The notes beneath the pieces are model-generated. The model ran no database searches and was not told where the DNA came from. It saw only the letters and a list, made by a program, of their open reading frames with translations. Positions 62,190-64,000 of a stretch of DNA of 64,000 bases are shown here, in pieces; position 1 is the stretch's first letter; each line of letters opens with the position of its first letter. Origin of the DNA: Squalus acanthias. Lineage: Eukaryota. The position numbers and the translations under genes are program-made. The DNA is taken from NCBI GenBank assembly GCA_030390025.1, contig CM059432.1, forward strand, positions 100,566,001 through 100,630,000. Direction: 5' to 3'.

Positions 62190-62620
62190 TGGTAGCTTGT
62201 CCAAAAGTGTTTGGAATCAGCACGGTATCAAGGTGGCCACTAAACTGAAGGCTTATAAGGCAGTTTTCCTTACCAATCTCCTGTATGGATGTGAAACATG
62301 GGCGCTCTATAGAAAGCACACTCAACCTTTGATGGAAAGGTTTCATCAAAGGCACCTTTGCATCTTACATTTTATTAGATAGCAGGACAGGATTACTAAT
62401 AACAAAGTGCTGGAACGTGCTGACAGCATCAGCATTAAGGCTCAGCTCTGTCGGGCTGGACATATTGTTAGGATGGACAACGTACAGTTGTCGAAGCAAC
62501 TGCTTTATGGAGAACTTGTGGTTGGCAGAAGAAAGCATGGCGACAACAAAGATGCTACAAAGACATGCTGAAGATTCACTTGAAGCAATGCAAGATGGTC
62601 ATTGACTCTTGGAAAATTTG
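62190..62620 (+). mobile_element. RTE-clade LINE remnant
   Basis: TKLKAYKAVFLTNLLYGCETW, ERFHQRHL, QDRITNNKVLERA, AGHIVRMD and KQLLYGEL. Confidence 0.85.
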
Positions 62621-64000
62621 GCTACCCGCAGACAACAAAAACATGCTGAAGTGATAGAAGGAGTGGAGGCCTTTGAGTTACAACCCTGTGCCAGTGTGGA
62701 GGCAAGACATGAGCAAGGTAAGAAGGATCAACATAAGAACACCCCAGAGCTTGTGGTAGGCCATATCTAGCATGTATTGGCCTACATAGTTATCAACGCA
62801 CCCATCTACCATGAATTTATGCTCCCTTCTTTGTTGGCATTGTGATCCTCGAGTATGACGAACACAGCACATGTGGAAATGCAATGAATGTTTTACCACT
62901 AAATGATGACACTAGCCTCTCAGCCTGAATTCCTTTGACCCACTTTTGATAGTTTGGTAATAATTCAACGGTCCTTAAGACTTAAGCAATAAAGCTGGAC
63001 ACATTGAGGCTTGTCAGGTTTTAATGCTCTGTACAATTGATTTTTATTTTAAGCCCATCTGATTTGCTATGCATGTCCTAAATGCTTCATTTTTGTCCTT
63101 ACTTTTTAACTAGCATTTTATTTATTAAAGATTATCGACATCCCAGTAAAGCTAGAAAGTTTGTTTATGATGGATTCATGGTGGCTTACAGGCTCAACGC
63201 AACACAGTGTAGGACTCAAAAGTTTCTCATTTCGAAGGAGGTCTCTTGCCTTGCCCGTGCGGACTCTTTCCCTGCACCTGTTTTACAGTAGCCTGTAAGA
63301 TCCCGGCACCTAACAATGACAGGTTGCAGCACAGTGGAGGGCACAAACATTTCTCATTTAGAAGATGGTCTCTTGCTTGGAAAAAAAAATGCTTTGAGAA
63401 ATTTGAAGTTAACATGAAATCCCATGAGATGTAGTGTTTACTGCTGCTCAGCAGAGCTGCCCTTGGCTGGTGCCCAGCAGCATCTTGGAATTCAATCTCT
63501 TGGTCTAAGACTTGGAAGGCAGCTATTAATTCTTTAAGAGCTGAGAGAATAGTTTGACACCAACATTTAAGTTAAAGTATAGGGTAGGGTACACAAATAA
63601 GTCTCACAGCACTGTTCCAATAGGCTGAGAAGAGCTGTAAAACCCATGGGAGATGCAGCTTCATTTAACTTCAAATTACATCATTCTTTTGTGTCAGAGC
63701 TGCTGCTACAAAGCCAGCAATGTCACATGCAGCAACTGGAAGTACTTTTAGCAATTAAAATGAGAAAGAAACTACACATTTTCTATCTCCATAACCCACA
63801 GGACAATAATAAACACAAAGTTGAGTGCTTGTCTGGGTGTTAGTGCACTGAGGATGTATCAGCATTGTACTTGCCACCCCACATTTGAGCAAGAAACCCC
63901 GGCAACCCATGAAATCACCCTGTAATCATTTTCTGGGTTATCTCTTCTGTGTATGCACTGAAACATTGTGGATGCACAGAAGAGATAACACACAATGGAT

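Overview
Eukaryotic genomic DNA, almost certainly from a shark or other elasmobranch (HE1-type V-SINE, shark-type CR1 tails, DeuSINE). The only host gene is an internal stretch of CSMD3 on the minus strand. Four GT-AG exons (56671-56858, 52947-53141, 16830-16946, 1989-2102) splice in frame into CUB-Sushi-CUB sequence; the 117-nt exon is not shown in frame by the ORF track. The rest is intron packed with decayed transposons: many CR1 and L2 fragments, RTE fragments, SINEs, Penelope-like elements carrying minimal hammerhead ribozymes, and a large PIF/Harbinger group. The Harbingers include two-gene copies (HARBI1-like DDE transposase convergent with a spliced Myb/SANT gene) and GC-rich MITEs down to 85 bp. 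Most notable: a core-intact hammerhead at 15847-15883, a Penelope fold-back whose junction lies in ribozyme stem I, an in-window empty-site paralogue supporting a 3-bp Harbinger TSD, a CR1 subfamily with a duplicated 3' UTR, a palindromic two-way polyA signal and several multi-level nested insertions. I found no evidence of a wholly new gene system. Family names come from recognition of motifs, not database searches, and boundaries of degenerate repeats are approximate.
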